From contig JBKBRF010000013.1 of assembly GCA_046292385.1 (NCBI GenBank), forward strand, positions 64,001 through 128,000: 64,000 nt of DNA, read 5' to 3'. Below, in pieces: positions 9,544 through 19,176 of the stretch (its first letter is position 1; every line of letters starts with the position of its first letter). The stretch is from Armatimonadota bacterium. GTDB taxonomy: Bacteria; Armatimonadota; SYMT01. Made by a program: the position numbers and the translations under genes. The notes under the pieces were generated by a model. It made no database searches. It saw only the letters and a program-made list of their open reading frames with translations, and was not told where the DNA came from.

Positions 9544-10146
9544 TCAATCTATGATTACCAGCACACCTTCACCGTGTTGAGCGACCTCCCGATAGAAGCT
9601 CCGGAAGCGGTCGAAGTACCTCCACAACGTTCTCCAGGTCTCCTCTGTCACGTCCCTGGCACCGAACTTGTAAATGCAGGCCGCTTCCACCCAATCCGGC
9701 ACGAAGTGCAGCCTGAGCTGGGCCTCGGTGACGGTCTCTATCGAGGCCGCAATGGCGCGCACTTCCACCGGCTCCACGTAGCGAACCGGGATGCCCTGCA
9801 CTCCGACCGCAGCCGGCGCGATCTCCACACGTCCCCGGACCGCCCAGTCGCGTGCAGCCGTCTCCGCGGATCCGCGGCGGCGGTTCTCCGAGAGGAGAAA
9901 CAGCAGCATATCGTACCACCTGGCGCCATCGAATTGCCTCGTCGCCAGGCCGGGATGCGCTTCCGCATCCCGGAGCGCCGCCTGCCACAGTGCCTCGCCG
10001 GGACCGCCCGGTAGATGCGCTGTGCCGCAACCCCGAAACCAGAGCGGCAGCAGACAGAGACACTCCGCGGCTTCCAGGTCGGCAGCGACCCGTCGCATCA
10101 CCTGCCCCTCGTGCGGGATCGCTTGATAAGTCGCATTGAGCCCCAT
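9544..10146 (-). CDS. DUF1877 (YfbM-like) family protein
   Basis: N-terminal 'MGLNATYQAI', 'W..LLFLLS', 'PVRYVEPVEVRAIA', 'YF..FRSFYREVAQHGEGVLV'. Confidence 0.7.
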   Translation of the reverse strand: MGLNATYQAIPHEGQVMRRVAADLEAAECLCLLPLWFRGCGTAHLPGGPGEALWQAALRDAEAHPGLATRQFDGARWYDMLLFLLSENRRRGSAETAARDWAVRGRVEIAPAAVGVQGIPVRYVEPVEVRAIAASIETVTEAQLRLHFVPDWVEAACIYKFGARDVTEETWRTLWRYFDRFRSFYREVAQHGEGVLVIID

Positions 10147-10174
10147 CTCCGCCGCCTCATGTGATGTAAAGAAG

Positions 10175-10208
10175 CGCCGGGCGAGGAGAGATCCCCCACA
10201 CCCGGCGC
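10175..10208 (-). terminator. Stem-loop downstream of the dehydrogenase gene
   Basis: GCGCCGGG...CCCGGCGC stem with a long loop, followed on the minus strand by TTCTTT. Confidence 0.45.
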
Positions 10209-10213
10209 CCTTG

Positions 10214-10236
10214 TAGCCTTTAGCCTTTAGCCTTTA
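10214..10236. repeat. (TTTAGCC)n heptamer tandem repeat, about 3 copies, overlapping the dehydrogenase stop codon
   Basis: tagcc-tttagcc-tttagcc-ttta; the same unit occurs at 45723-45764. Confidence 0.85.
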
Positions 10237-11262
10237 AGAGATCCTCATCACGATCTTCAGGACCTCGGAGTCCTTCACCTTGCCGAAGGCGTCCGGGGCC
10301 TCTTCGAGGGAGACCTCGTTGGTGACCCACTCCTCCGGCTTGACGATGCCGAGCTTCACGAAGTCCATCATCGACTTGTGCGCGGCGGGCTCGTCCGGCG
10401 CCAGGAGGCCGAACCAGAAGCTGGAGGGCATGTGCCGCATCGAGAGCGGGAACTGCTCCAGGTTGTTGATGCCGTAGACGCCCAGCTTGCCGTCGGCGGC
10501 GAGCAGCCGGCAGAGGTCGATGTAAAGCGACGCGTCGCCGGTCGCCTCGATGATGAAGTCGACGCCCTTGCCCCCGGTGATCTCCATCACCCGCTCCCGC
10601 AGGTCTTCCTGCCGGGTGTTGATGGTGTGGTCCGCGCCGAGCTTGCGGGCGAGCGCCAGGCGCTCGTCGCGGCGGCCGACCGTGATCACGTCGCGCACGC
10701 CGTGCAGCTTCGCCATCTGGGTAAAGGCGAGGCCGACGCCGCCGGCGCCCATCACCAGCACGCTGCTCTCCCACCGCACGCCGATGTTGCGGAGGGCGCT
10801 GTAGCACTCCTTCAGGTTGATCAGGACCGGCGCCACGTACGGGTCGACCCACTCCGGGATCACCTGCTGCATCGGCCAGTTGAAATGGACCGGCGTCTCC
10901 GGGTGGTCCTGCAGCAGCGCGCGGTAGTCGGTCACCACCCCCCACTCCGCGAAGCTGCCGAAGAAGCAGCCGAGGCCGGGGACCTCCGCCCGCGGGCGGA
11001 AGACATGGTCGCCCTCTTTGAAGGCGGTCACTTTAGAGCCGAGCTTCACCACTTCCCCCACCCCCTCGTGGCCGAGGATGCCGGGATACTGCTGGCCGTC
11101 GAGCCAGTCCATCGGGAAGCGGCCGGTCAGGATCTGGGAATCGGTGCTGTTGCAGATCGACGCGGACTTGATCCGCACCAGTGCCTGGTAATCGTTGATC
11201 TCCGGCTCGGGTACGTTCTCCACCCGAACCTCGCCGGGCCGGGGGACCACCAGTGCTTTCAT
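10234..11262 (-). CDS. Zn-dependent medium-chain dehydrogenase/reductase (sugar/alcohol dehydrogenase-like)
   Basis: 'MKALVV', 'SICNSTD', 'ILGHEGVG', 'GAGGVGL', 'GKGVDFIIEATG'. The four-Cys structural Zn loop is absent. Confidence 0.9.
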   Translation of the reverse strand: MKALVVPRPGEVRVENVPEPEINDYQALVRIKSASICNSTDSQILTGRFPMDWLDGQQYPGILGHEGVGEVVKLGSKVTAFKEGDHVFRPRAEVPGLGCFFGSFAEWGVVTDYRALLQDHPETPVHFNWPMQQVIPEWVDPYVAPVLINLKECYSALRNIGVRWESSVLVMGAGGVGLAFTQMAKLHGVRDVITVGRRDERLALARKLGADHTINTRQEDLRERVMEITGGKGVDFIIEATGDASLYIDLCRLLAADGKLGVYGINNLEQFPLSMRHMPSSFWFGLLAPDEPAAHKSMMDFVKLGIVKPEEWVTNEVSLEEAPDAFGKVKDSEVLKIVMRIS

Positions 11263-11444
11263 CTTACTTCCTCGCTATCATTCGCCCGGGGCGCGCCTCA
11301 CTGCGGCGTCTGCCCACCGGCCCCCGTTCTCCCCAGGCGTGCCCGGCTCCTGCCCGGCTCCACGTCCGGGGTTCGAGCAGCCGTGGGTGGGGGTAAGTTA
11401 CGGATGCGCTCTGGCCGCGGGGGCGGGGCGTGAAGGGGATGGTG

Positions 11445-12599
11445 ATGGACCGGAACAAGGGTCTCGCATGGGTCACGGCTCTCGCGGCGGGTGCCGCGGC
11501 AATCTATTTCCTCGATCCGGTCCAGGGCCGCAGACGCCGAGAGCAGGTTCGAGACCGGCTGCGAGACCTGCTGTCGGAGAGTGAAGCCTCGGGCGCTGAA
11601 GCAGCGCGCCCGCTGCGGCGTCCCCCGATGATCCGGCGCTCCGCCGACGAGGTACTGGACGAGGACCGGACGCTCGTCGAGCGGGTCTGCTCCGAGCTGA
11701 TGCGTCTCACCTCCAATCCCGGCTCGATCGAGGTCGACGCGGACGACGCGATCGTCACCCTCCGCGGCTCGATCCCGGAGCACGAAGTCGGCCGGCTGCT
11801 CACTTCGCTGCGGCACCTGCCGGGCCTGCGCCGCGTGGAGAGCCTGCTCTACACGGTAAAGAGCCCGTTCCAGCGCGCGGAGGCGCCCTCGCCGGAGACT
11901 GCCAACCCGGCCGGTGAGGCGGACGGCCCCGGCGAGGGGGAATGGTCGCCGGAGCTGCGGCTCGGCGTCGGGACGGTCGGCACCCTGCTGGCGCTCTGGG
12001 GGATCCGGCGGGGAGACGCGCCCGGGGTCATCGCGGCGGCGGCCGGGGGAATGGCGCTGGCCCGCGCCGTGGCGAACGTGCCGCCGTCGCGGATGGCCGG
12101 GCTCGACCGCTCCATCCCGGTAGAGCGGACCGTGGAGGTCGACGCCCCGATCGCCCGCGTCTTCGCCTTCTGGAGCAGCTTCCGGAACTTCCCACGCTTC
12201 ATGCAGCACTTGCAAGAGGTGACCGAGGACGAGAGCGGCGTCTCCCACTGGGTGGCGGACGGCCCCGCAGGGCTCCCGGTCTCCTGGAAGGCGGAGGTGA
12301 CGACTCTGCAGCCGCACCGGGCCATCGCCTGGCGAAGTCTGCCGGGCTCCACCGTGCAGAGCTCCGGCGAGGTGATGTTCGAGGAGCTGGAAGGCGGCCG
12401 CACCCGGCTGCAGGTGAAGATGATCTACCATCCGCCCGCCGGAGTGGTCGGCCACGCGGTGGCGCGTTTCTTCGGCGCGGACCCGGAGCGCCAGATCGAA
12501 GACGACCTCCAGAGCTTCCGGGCACTCCTGGAGGAAGGCAGCGAGACCGCGCACGGGCGGCCGATCGCCGCGCTCAAGGCGCTGCCGGAAACCTCATAG
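11445..12599 (+). CDS. BON domain + SRPBCC (cyclase/dehydrase-like) protein
   Basis: 'YFLDPVQGRRRR', BON-like 'IEVDADDAIVTLRG', TM hairpin, 'FRNFPRFMQHL..SHW..GPAG..W..IAWRS', 'DLQSFRALLE'. Confidence 0.85.
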   Translation: MDRNKGLAWVTALAAGAAAIYFLDPVQGRRRREQVRDRLRDLLSESEASGAEAARPLRRPPMIRRSADEVLDEDRTLVERVCSELMRLTSNPGSIEVDADDAIVTLRGSIPEHEVGRLLTSLRHLPGLRRVESLLYTVKSPFQRAEAPSPETANPAGEADGPGEGEWSPELRLGVGTVGTLLALWGIRRGDAPGVIAAAAGGMALARAVANVPPSRMAGLDRSIPVERTVEVDAPIARVFAFWSSFRNFPRFMQHLQEVTEDESGVSHWVADGPAGLPVSWKAEVTTLQPHRAIAWRSLPGSTVQSSGEVMFEELEGGRTRLQVKMIYHPPAGVVGHAVARFFGADPERQIEDDLQSFRALLEEGSETAHGRPIAALKALPETS

Positions 12600-14954
12600 G
12601 CCGCCCGGGAGAAACGGTTCGGTCCGGACCGAGCCGGGCTCGACCCGCACGGTGACCATCCCGCCCTGGTCGGTGCGCGCCACCGGGATCCCGGCCGCCT
12701 CCAGGCGCTGGAGCACGATCGGCTTCGGATGGCCGACCCGGTTGTCGCGCCCGCAGGAGAGGACCGCCTGCCGCGGCCGCACCGCCTGGAGGAAGGCCGC
12801 GGTCGACGAAGTGTCACTGCCGTGGTGGGCGACCTTCAGCACGTCGGCGCGGAGACCCTCCCGCCACCGGAGCAGCGCCCGCTCCGCATCCGCTTCCATG
12901 TCTCCGGTCAGCAGGAAGCGCGCCCCCGCGATGTCCCAGCGGAAGACGAGCGAGGCCTCGTTATCGGTGCGCGCGGCACCGAGCGGCCCAAGCACCGCCA
13001 GGGTGGAGCCCCGGATGCGCAGCCGGTCTCCCGCCGCGAGCCGCCGCACCGGCACGCCGCGCTCCCGCGCGACCCGGTGCGCCTCGGCCCACGCCTGCGC
13101 GGGGTCACCGGCCCGACCCGCCGTCTCCGGAAGCGCGTGCGCCAGCAGCCCCACGCGGTACTCCGCCAGCACCTCCGGCAGGCCGCCGACGTGGTCGTCG
13201 TGCGCGTGCGAGACAACCACCGCGTCGAGTGCGGGCACCCGGAGGGAACGCAGCGCCCGCACCACCGCGGGCCCCGCTGCTTCCGGGCCGGCGTCGACCA
13301 GCACCGCGGTGCCGTCCGGCCCCTGCAGCAGGAGGCTGTCTCCCTGCCCCACGTCGAGCGCGCGCAGGGTCGGCGCGGAAGGGGGTGGTGAGGGCGCGGC
13401 GGTGGAAATGGCCAGGAGCAGCGCGACCGATCCGAGCGCGGCGATCAGCCGGAGCCGGCCCGGGGGTGCCAGGGTGGGCAGCGCCATGCCGACCAGCAGC
13501 GGCGGGATGAGCCAGACCGGCGCCGGGAACGCCGTCTCGCCGCCGGCGCCGGCAAACAGGCTTGCCCAGTGATACAGCCCCTCCGCCTGCCACGCCAGCA
13601 GCGGCGCCCAGAAGTAGAGCCCCAGCGCGGAAAGCCCCAGGTGCAGGAGCGCGGAGAGCATGAGGAAGCCGGAGAGGAGCGCCGCCCCGACGTTGGCGAG
13701 CGGAGCGATCCAGGTGACGCGATGGAAATGGTAGGCGAGCACCGGCGCGGTGCCGAGGAACGCCGCGAGGCAGGTCGCCACGCCCGCCGCCAGCGACTGG
13801 TGGAGGTGCCGGGCGAAGCGGTCGTGCGCGCCCGGCGCTGCCGGGGCGGGGCCGAGCGCCCGGCCCAACGGGCCGGCGACCCGGACGAGGGCCCAGACCG
13901 CCGTGAACGAGAGCTGCGCGCCGATGTCAAGCACGAGGAGCGGATCGAGCGCCAGGAGCGCCAGGCCGGCGGCGCCCAGGCAGTTCTCACCGTCCGGCTC
14001 CCGCCGCACCGCCAGGGCGGCCACGTAGATCCCGCCCATCACCGCCGCTCTCGTGATGCTACTGTCGCCCCCGGTGAGGAGATAGTAAAACCCGAGCGCC
14101 AGCAGCCCGGCGGTCCAGCAGAGACCGCGGAAGCGCCAGAGCCGCCGCCCGAGGCCGATGAAGAAGCCGAGCACCAGCATCACCTGGGCTCCGGAGACCA
14201 CCAGCAGGTGCAGCGTGCCCGACTCCCGGAAGGCCGCCTTCACCTCCTGCTCCACCTCCGGAGCCGGCGAGGCGCTCTCGCCGATCAGGAAGCTGTTCAC
14301 GATCAGCGCCGCCCGGGGCGGCAGCGTGCGCCGGTTGCTCTCCAGCACCCACGCCCGCGCCCGCTCGGCGAGCTGCGTCAGCGGGGAGCCGGCCCCGGCC
14401 GCGAGCTTGCGATAGCCTTCCGGACGGACCGCGAGCGTGCGGTGCGCGCCGCGCCGGAGCCAGGTCAGCCGCGGCGAGCTGCCGCCCGGGTTGGTGGCCG
14501 GCGGCGGACGGCGGACCACCCCGCTCACCTCCACCCGGTCTCCCGGCCTGGCGTCCGCCGGCGCGCGCATTCCGTAGACGGCAGTGTCGGGCGCCCATCC
14601 CGCCGGGGTGCGTCGGGCTTCACTCTGGAGGAGAACCGGGCGCGACTGCTCCCGCGCCGGGAAGACCCGCGCCACCGTCCCGCGTACGGTAAGCGGCGTG
14701 CCGGGCACCGGGAGCCCGGGCGGCGCCTGCAGTCGGAGGGCCGCCGCCGCCCCGAAGCAGAGCGCCACGGCCAGCACCGCGGCGAAGGGACGCGCCGGGC
14801 GCACGAGGAGGCCGGAGGAGACGAGCGCCGCCGCGCCGAGCCACACCAGCGGGGGCCGCTCCGCGTCGATCGCCGCGAACGCCGCCGCCACCGAGGCGAG
14901 CGCGCACCAGAAGAGCGGACGGCGGTAGAGCCACGCGGAGGAGAGCGGAAGCAT
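12594..14954 (-). CDS. comEC: DNA internalization competence protein ComEC/Rec2
   Basis: OB domain 'PATNPGG', competence domain 'GTLHLLVVSGAQV', 'RAAVMG', 'GAQLSF'; MBL domain 'LDVGQGDS', 'SHAHDDHVGG', 'LLTGD', 'LKVAHHGS', 'GHP'. Start approximate. Confidence 0.92.
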   Translation of the reverse strand: MLPLSSAWLYRRPLFWCALASVAAAFAAIDAERPPLVWLGAAALVSSGLLVRPARPFAAVLAVALCFGAAAALRLQAPPGLPVPGTPLTVRGTVARVFPAREQSRPVLLQSEARRTPAGWAPDTAVYGMRAPADARPGDRVEVSGVVRRPPPATNPGGSSPRLTWLRRGAHRTLAVRPEGYRKLAAGAGSPLTQLAERARAWVLESNRRTLPPRAALIVNSFLIGESASPAPEVEQEVKAAFRESGTLHLLVVSGAQVMLVLGFFIGLGRRLWRFRGLCWTAGLLALGFYYLLTGGDSSITRAAVMGGIYVAALAVRREPDGENCLGAAGLALLALDPLLVLDIGAQLSFTAVWALVRVAGPLGRALGPAPAAPGAHDRFARHLHQSLAAGVATCLAAFLGTAPVLAYHFHRVTWIAPLANVGAALLSGFLMLSALLHLGLSALGLYFWAPLLAWQAEGLYHWASLFAGAGGETAFPAPVWLIPPLLVGMALPTLAPPGRLRLIAALGSVALLLAISTAAPSPPPSAPTLRALDVGQGDSLLLQGPDGTAVLVDAGPEAAGPAVVRALRSLRVPALDAVVVSHAHDDHVGGLPEVLAEYRVGLLAHALPETAGRAGDPAQAWAEAHRVARERGVPVRRLAAGDRLRIRGSTLAVLGPLGAARTDNEASLVFRWDIAGARFLLTGDMEADAERALLRWREGLRADVLKVAHHGSDTSSTAAFLQAVRPRQAVLSCGRDNRVGHPKPIVLQRLEAAGIPVARTDQGGMVTVRVEPGSVRTEPFLPGGL

Positions 14955-15357
14955 CCTCGTTCCCGGCAACAGCGGAGGTGGAATCAAACAATTCTTCTCT
15001 CGATTAGGAGGGGAAGGAGGCCTCTCCTGCCGCGTGGAACGCTGAGGCAATGGAACGGATTGACGGTCGCTCCACGGGCATGCGGCAGCGCTCTCGATAC
15101 CCGTAACAATCGGAGGCGAATCAGGCGTTAGCAGCCGTGTGACGTGGGTATACCACGGTGGCACGGGCCGAGCTCCCTCGTCTCCGGATGACGTCCCGCT
15201 GCGAGACGGCCGATCCGCAATCGTTAACTGTCCGGCGCAAGATCTTGCCACCTGTTCCGAACCTGTGTAGGGTCCTCCTCCGGCTCCCTGACTCGCGGGG
15301 CCTCGGACGGAGGGAGCCCGGACGCCAGCCATCCGGGTTTCGCCCGAGGAAGCGCGC

Positions 15358-16239
15358 ATGCACCAACTGATGGAATCGAGCCCACTGGGCGCAGCAGAGG
15401 TCGAGGCCTCGTTCTCTCACGAGCCCAACCACCTCCACTGGCTTACTTCCACGGACGCCGCGCTGTTGACGGCGGAGGAAGAAGTCCTGCTCTCGCGACA
15501 GGTGCGTGCCGGCAGCCTGGAAGCCCGGCAGCGAATGGTCGAGTCAAACCTCCGCCTGGTGATCAGCATCGCCAAGCGATACCGCTGTCGCGGGCTCTCC
15601 TTCGAGGACCTGGTGCAGGAAGGGATCATCGGGTTGATGGCCGCGATCGCCCGGTTCGATCCGGAAAAGGGCTACCGGTTCAGCACCTACGCCACCCACT
15701 GGATCCGCCAGGCAATCGGACGCGCGATCGATAACCACAGCCGCCTGATCCGGCTGCCCAGCCACGTCTCGGACGCCCTCCGCAAGCTGGAGCGCTGCCG
15801 CGCGCTGCTGGCGCGGCGGCTGGGACGCCAGCCGACCGCCCTGGAGCTGGCCACGGAGGCGGAGCTGCCGCTGCCGAAGATCCAGAGCCTGCTCCAGTCT
15901 TCCCAGGAGCCGCTCTCGCTCGACGCGCTGCTCGGAGAGACGGAGGAGACCTCCCTGGGCGACCTCCTGCTCGACGTCGGCGCGCCCGATCCGGAGACGC
16001 AGACGATCCACAGCCGCACCCGGGAGTCGCTGGAGCGGATGCTCAGCGTGCTGCGGCCGCGGGAGCGGCGCGTGATCGAAAAGCGCTTCGGCTTCGTGGA
16101 CGGCCGCATCCACTCTCTGCAGGAGGTGGGCGAGCAGATGCAGATGTCCCGGGAGGGCGTGCGCCAGATCGAAGTCCGCGCGCTGCGCAAGCTCCGCGAA
16201 GCCGCTCACAGCCACCGCCTGGACGACTGCCCCGTTTAG
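15358..16239 (+). CDS. RpoD/SigA-family (group 2-like) sigma-70 factor lacking region 1.1
   Basis: 'ESNLRLVISIAKRY', 'DLVQEG', 'FDPEKGYRFSTYATHWIRQAI', 'IRLPSH', region 4 'SLQEVG..SREGVRQIEVRALRKLR'. Confidence 0.93.
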   Translation: MHQLMESSPLGAAEVEASFSHEPNHLHWLTSTDAALLTAEEEVLLSRQVRAGSLEARQRMVESNLRLVISIAKRYRCRGLSFEDLVQEGIIGLMAAIARFDPEKGYRFSTYATHWIRQAIGRAIDNHSRLIRLPSHVSDALRKLERCRALLARRLGRQPTALELATEAELPLPKIQSLLQSSQEPLSLDALLGETEETSLGDLLLDVGAPDPETQTIHSRTRESLERMLSVLRPRERRVIEKRFGFVDGRIHSLQEVGEQMQMSREGVRQIEVRALRKLREAAHSHRLDDCPV

Positions 16240-16319
16240 CGGCGTTTCCACCTGCTTCTGACGTGTTGGAGTGGGAGCAAGGGAGACTGGGGGAATGGGA
16301 GAGCCGCTCCCTCGCTCCT

Positions 16320-16410
16320 GTTGCCAGGTTGCAGGTGGGCAGGTTCCAGGTTCCGAACCCCGCGCACCGGGGAGCTCAGCCTGCAACCTGCCAACTTGCG
16401 AACCTGCAAC
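16320..16410. repeat. Imperfect palindrome of 7-8 nt CAGGTT(G/C)/(C)AACCTG units
   Basis: Left arm GTTGCCAGGTTGCAGGTGGGCAGGTTCCAGGTTCC, right arm AGCCTGCAACCTGCCAACTTGCGAACCTGCAAC. Same family at 53611-53721. Confidence 0.8.
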
Positions 16411-16494
16411 ACACGTCTCCCACTCTCCCTTGCCAAACTCGCCCGGCAATCCCGACCTCACGGTGTACCAGACCGGGCTGTAGGCCCATGAATT

Positions 16495-16526
16495 GAGGGG
16501 CGGGGAGTCAGTGCTCCCCGCCCCTC
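16495..16526. terminator. Strong hairpin between convergent genes
   Basis: GAGGGGCGGGGAG-TCAGTG-CTCCCCGCCCCTC, a perfect 13-bp stem. Confidence 0.7.
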
Positions 16527-16551
16527 TTCGCGTGTCCGGTCCCGAGCCCGG

Positions 16552-18291
16552 TTACTCCAGGGTGATGCGGTCCAGGTAGACCCGCGGCTCCTTCTGACCG
16601 GCGAAGAAGTGGATCCCGGTGAGCGTGCCGCCCGCGACGCCCGCGTCGGCGATCGGCACGGAGACCTCCACCCAGCCGTCCTTGGTCGGAATGCCGCCGT
16701 AGTTGCGCAGGTTCAGGCTCTGGCTCTTGCCGCCGGCCGTGGTGATGAACCGCACGCGGAGCTGCTGCCCGCCGAGCTTGCCGCCGTGCATCACCAGCTT
16801 CAGCACGCTCTTGCCGGCAAGGGAGACGCCGCCGCCGCTCAGCTCCAGCTTGCCGTCGACCCGCTTCACGGCCAGCCCGATCGAGCGGCTGCCCTCGTAG
16901 ACCGGTGACTGCGCCGAGAGCGTCCCCTTGGCGCCGCGCATCCGGGCGCTCCAGCCGTTCTGCAGGCTGTCGCGGTAGATCACGGTGGCGCTGCCCGGGT
17001 TCCCACCGGGGTTGCTCCCGCCGTTGTTACCGCCGCCGTCGTTGCCGCCGCCGCTATCGCCGCCGCCGCTGCCTCCCCCGCCCGGGACGCCGTCCGCCTC
17101 GAAGCAGCCGAGGTCCGGGTTCGGACCCTGCGGTCGCAGCAGGCCATTCAGGTCGCCGGTCAGGAGCAGTGTGCCGGCGTCCCGCGCCCGGGAGCTGGCG
17201 GAGAGCTTGTAGCCGGTGGTGAAGCCGGGATCGCCCTCGATCGAGTTCGCGTCGTTCCCGCTGGCGCGGCGCCAGCTGGCGAGGTTGGAGCTGTTCACCG
17301 CCCCGCGGGGGGAGGAGAAGCAGTTGAAGTTCGACTGGATCGGCTCGGCCGCTTCCATCGCCGGGCCGGAGCCGCAGGAGAGGATGTTGTTGAACAGCTT
17401 GTTGCCGGTGGCGCCCTCGGTGAACTGGATGCCGAACCGCCCCACCCCGCTCCGGAAGACGATGGTGTTGTGGTAGATCTGGTTGTTCTTGCAGCCGAAG
17501 CTCACCCCGCCGCCGCCGTGCCAGAGCGCCATGCCGCCCGCCAGATTCTCGCGCACCAGGTTGTTCGAGATCGTGGAGTTCTGGACGCCCATCATGTTGA
17601 TTGCGGCGCCGCCGACCTTCCCGTTCCCCCACAGCTCGTTCGCTTCGATCAGGCAGTTCTTGGAGACGCTGTCGAAGTCGGTGTTGCCCGGGTTGTAGCC
17701 GCCCTCTTCCACCGCGTTGATCTGCAGGCCCGCCTTCGTGTTGTTGTAGAGCTTGCAGCGCCGCACCGTGAGACGGTCGCCGGACTGGGAGAGGTAGATG
17801 CCGTGCTCGTCGCGGCTGCCGTAGGCGGAGCAGTCCTCGATCAGCACGTCGGAGGTGTTGCCGCTCAGCAGGCCGCTCCGGCCGTTGTTCTCCAGGACGC
17901 AGTTCCGCACCGTGAGGCCGCGGGAGAGCACCACGAAGATACCGAACCGGCGGGCGTTGCGGATCTTCACGCCCTCGATCTTGATCCCGGAGCTCTGGTA
18001 GACGCTGATGCAGTCGTCGCGGGAGCCGTTGCTTCCGTCGATCACCGCGCCCGGCTCACCCTTGATGGTGATGTTGCGCTCCTCGATGTAGGCTCCGCCG
18101 TCGTAGACGCCGGCCTTCAGGAGGATCGTATCGCCGTCTCGGAGCGCCTTCTCGGCGCGCAGGAAGGTGCGAAAGGGGGCGGTGGTGCCGTTGTTGCTGT
18201 CGTTCCCGCTCGGGGAGACAGTGTAGGTGGCGGCAGCCGCAGGGCCGGCGACGAACAACGCCGCCACGGCCAGAGGCCATGTGTACTGCAT
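16552..18291 (-). CDS. Secreted right-handed parallel beta-helix (pectin lyase-like fold) protein with Gly-rich linker and C-terminal beta-sandwich (CBM-like) domain
   Basis: Signal peptide, 'YTVSPSGNDSNNG..APFRT', repeated N-ladder beta-helix motifs, 'PDLGCFE', GGN linker, 'IYRDSLQNGW..VYLDRITLE'. Confidence 0.8.
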   Translation of the reverse strand: MQYTWPLAVAALFVAGPAAAATYTVSPSGNDSNNGTTAPFRTFLRAEKALRDGDTILLKAGVYDGGAYIEERNITIKGEPGAVIDGSNGSRDDCISVYQSSGIKIEGVKIRNARRFGIFVVLSRGLTVRNCVLENNGRSGLLSGNTSDVLIEDCSAYGSRDEHGIYLSQSGDRLTVRRCKLYNNTKAGLQINAVEEGGYNPGNTDFDSVSKNCLIEANELWGNGKVGGAAINMMGVQNSTISNNLVRENLAGGMALWHGGGGVSFGCKNNQIYHNTIVFRSGVGRFGIQFTEGATGNKLFNNILSCGSGPAMEAAEPIQSNFNCFSSPRGAVNSSNLASWRRASGNDANSIEGDPGFTTGYKLSASSRARDAGTLLLTGDLNGLLRPQGPNPDLGCFEADGVPGGGGSGGGDSGGGNDGGGNNGGSNPGGNPGSATVIYRDSLQNGWSARMRGAKGTLSAQSPVYEGSRSIGLAVKRVDGKLELSGGGVSLAGKSVLKLVMHGGKLGGQQLRVRFITTAGGKSQSLNLRNYGGIPTKDGWVEVSVPIADAGVAGGTLTGIHFFAGQKEPRVYLDRITLE

Positions 18292-18848
18292 AGATTACTC
18301 CGCTCGATCAACCCAGTGGATGGCCTGCCTCTTTGGGCGGGCCTTATTTGTTCGGAGCCTTCTTACCGACCGCTGGAGGACTGGCCCCTCGCTCGCTGGC
18401 GATGCGATCTAACAATGGCTCCGGCTTCGTTCGGGTATGCGCCTGGATTACCAGACAAGCTGATTATGGGCTCGCTACCAACCGAACTTGAGGATAGGAA
18501 GCGATCTTTTGTATTGGGGGGATTCAGCGGGAGGCTCAAGGGGCGACCGGGCAGGTGCCGGCAGAGCGATCCCTATGGGTCCTGGCGAGGCGGGGGTGGA
18601 GGGGCGAGGGGCACACCGGACGAAGCCAGTGTTCTTCCACGGGGGTTATCGGAAGCGGCGCGGCGGAGGGAGAGGGTGAGATTCTTCGAAATCTCGCTCC
18701 GCTTTCGAAGGGGCGGGTGCGGGACTGCCTGACGGAAGGCGGCGGCGGGTGTCGCGCTCTAAAGTTACGCCGCTGGCGGCGCAGGCGAGATTGGCCGCCG
18801 TCCGGCGTTCGGGAAGGGCAGGAAAAGCTCGGCCGCGTTCGATTTCCC

Positions 18849-19016
18849 ACCCCAGTCACCCTGAATGAAATGAAGGGTCTACGTCGCCTACTTTGCGCCG
18901 GAGCGGGAGGCCTCGCGCGCGGAAGAGGACCGGCAGCGGAGTCCGCGTCACCCGCCTGCGTACTCCGGACCAGCGCGGCTGCCGAGATCCTTCACTCCGT
19001 TCAGGATGACTGGGGT
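18849..19016. repeat. MITE/REP-like element with 32-bp imperfect terminal inverted repeats
   Basis: ACCCCAGTCACCCTGAATGAAATGAAGGGTCT (18849-18880) versus the reverse complement of AGATCCTTCACTCCGTTCAGGATGACTGGGGT (18985-19016): 27 of 32 identical. Confidence 0.8.
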
Positions 19017-19176
19017 AGGGGCACGTGAGGGACCGCTCGTACTCACCGGCAGAACCTACGCTGCGCCGCGGGTGCACTGACCTTACAGCGGGTGACACAC
19101 GCCCCGCCACTCCCGAGACGCAGCCGCGCCGGGTCCCGACCGGCGATCGGGAAGGTCCGCTCTCCGGGATGCGGAC

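Noticed and set aside
18420..18535. c-di-AMP (ydaO) riboswitch upstream of the beta-helix gene (minus-strand CGCTGAATCC ... CCCGAA)
   Set aside because: The other conserved blocks (GGGGGAACC, GGGGUGAA, UCAGCUAAC) are absent or out of order. An Rfam cmscan would settle it.
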